Below the pieces are notes generated by a model. It ran no database searches. It was not told the origin of the DNA and saw only the letters and a program-made list of their open reading frames with translations. Position numbers and translations under genes: made by a program. Positions 62,536-64,000 of a DNA stretch of 64,000 nt are shown here, in pieces (the stretch's first letter is position 1; each line of letters begins with the position of its first letter). Source of the DNA: Calcarisporiella thermophila CBS 279.70 (taxonomy: Eukaryota > Fungi > Calcarisporiellomycota); the NCBI RefSeq assembly GCF_041956535.1, contig NW_027192191.1, forward strand, positions 593,077-657,076, in the 5' to 3' direction.

Positions 62536-63561
62536 ATGTCCTTGAAGAAAAGCTTCGACTACGAACTTTTCGAGCTGGGAGATTTTACTACCCAGAATGG
62601 AATGGTCCTTCCGAACGCCAAGTTGGCCTACAAAACATATGGCAAGCTTCAGGGGGAAGACCCTCGAGTGATTGTGTATCCATCGTGGTATTCTGGTACT
62701 ATTGCGGACAACGAATGGCTAATTGGCGAAGATAAGACCCTAGATCCCAGAAAGTTTTTCATTGTTGTTCCATGTCTCTTCGGAAATGGGCAGTCTTCCT
62801 CTCCCTCCAACACCCCCTCGCCCCTGGACGGCCCGCGCTTTCCTAAGATGACCCTTTACGATAATGTACGGGCGCAATATCGTCTGCTTACCGAAAAGCT
62901 CCGCATTCGAAAAGTCTACTGCGTGCTGGGTTGGTCTATGGGCGCACAGCAATCATACCAGTGGGCTGCCCAGTACCCGGATTATGTTGAGCGCATTGCC
63001 CCATTTTGCGGCTCTGCAAAGACTTCTGAGCATAATTTCGTTTTCCTCGAAGGAGTTAAAAATGCTTTGTGCGCAGATGCCGCCTGGTGCCAGGGAGAGT
63101 ACACTGAACAACCTCGAAAGGGCCTCCGCGCACTAGCGAGAGTATATGCCGGCTGGGGTCTTTCACAGTCTTTCTACCGTGAAAAACTCTATATCAATCT
63201 GGGTTATGCATCTCTTGAGGACTTTTTAGTTCGCTTTTGGGAGCATTACTTCCAGCAAAAAGATGCCAACAATCTGTTGGCAATGCTTTGGACCTGGCAG
63301 AATGGCGATATCAGCGACAATGAACTTTACAAAGGTGATTTCGCAAAGGCATTGCGCTCAGTTAAGGCCAAAGTTCTTCTCATGCCGGGCAGACACGATC
63401 TCTACTTCCCTCCTGAGGATAGCGAAATAGAATGCCAACACCTTGCTAATGTTATCTACAAACCTATCGAGTCCATTTGGGGCCACTGGGCTGGAGGTCC
63501 AGGCACCAACCCAGAGGACGTTGAATTCATTGATAAAATGTTGAGGGAGTTCTTGGTCTAA
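62536..63561 (+). CDS. Homoserine O-acetyltransferase (MetX)-like alpha/beta hydrolase, intronless
   Basis: LAYKTYG; FGNGQSSSPSN; GWSMGAQQ nucleophile elbow; DLYFP; SIWGHWAGG catalytic His. Confidence 0.88.
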   Translation: MSLKKSFDYELFELGDFTTQNGMVLPNAKLAYKTYGKLQGEDPRVIVYPSWYSGTIADNEWLIGEDKTLDPRKFFIVVPCLFGNGQSSSPSNTPSPLDGPRFPKMTLYDNVRAQYRLLTEKLRIRKVYCVLGWSMGAQQSYQWAAQYPDYVERIAPFCGSAKTSEHNFVFLEGVKNALCADAAWCQGEYTEQPRKGLRALARVYAGWGLSQSFYREKLYINLGYASLEDFLVRFWEHYFQQKDANNLLAMLWTWQNGDISDNELYKGDFAKALRSVKAKVLLMPGRHDLYFPPEDSEIECQHLANVIYKPIESIWGHWAGGPGTNPEDVEFIDKMLREFLV

Positions 63562-64000
63562 TTTTCAGCCAATCACTCCTTTTTATCTTTACCGATTATA
63601 TTATTAGCAGTAATAGTATTTGTAGTAACGCCTATTGGCCCAAATTTATCTCTGCTATATGGGCTTGGTGGCCATAACAATAAACAATGGCCATAATTGA
63701 TATTAAGTGAATTAATATTCTAATATTAATGAATGAAAAGGTATCAGATATTTGCTCCTATGGATGTTAACGGGTATGAATTGTTCAGAGTGTTGCAAAG
63801 ATTTGAATGATTTAGCAAGTAAATTATGCTACATGCCTTGACAACTCTTGAACTTCAAGCTATTCTATGAAGTAGGCTGTATATTGGTATATCTTATATC
63901 TTCACATGGCTCTAATGGCAATAACAAGAGTCAAGTGTATGAATTCGGGGCCTAATCTGATGAAAAATTGTTTCTAAACATATTACCATATTAGGCCTTA

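Overview
Gene-dense, intron-rich eukaryotic DNA, most likely from an early-diverging (non-Dikarya) fungus. That placement is an inference from short GT-AG introns, fungal families (DUF1752/Reg1-like, Uds1, Pmt1, Yap1) and animal-like FNIP/MFAP1/TMEM42 genes. About 27 protein-coding genes can be assembled by hand. No rRNA, tRNA, CRISPR or intact transposon was seen. The stand-out region is an AT-rich block at ~20.6-25.9 kb between PMT1 and an Atf1-like bZIP gene. It holds an intronless MATA-type HMG-box gene, a divergently transcribed intronless BTB/POZ-like ORF, a beta-propeller gene, and an intronless homeodomain gene with an N-terminal helical region. Two perfect TR-box-type HMG sites lie in its spacers. 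This is a candidate mating-type (sex) locus combining HMG and homeodomain determinants, without the tptA/rnhA flanks typical of Mucorales. Other notable items are a decaying tandem array of a Cys-rich secreted peptide gene, an internally shortened RRP5, a ~1200-aa acidic disordered protein with a basic amphipathic C-terminus, a 9-nt microexon in HAP2, a poly-G frameshift in a Uds1 gene, and a steep GC gradient. All gene models were spliced by eye and no database searches were run.
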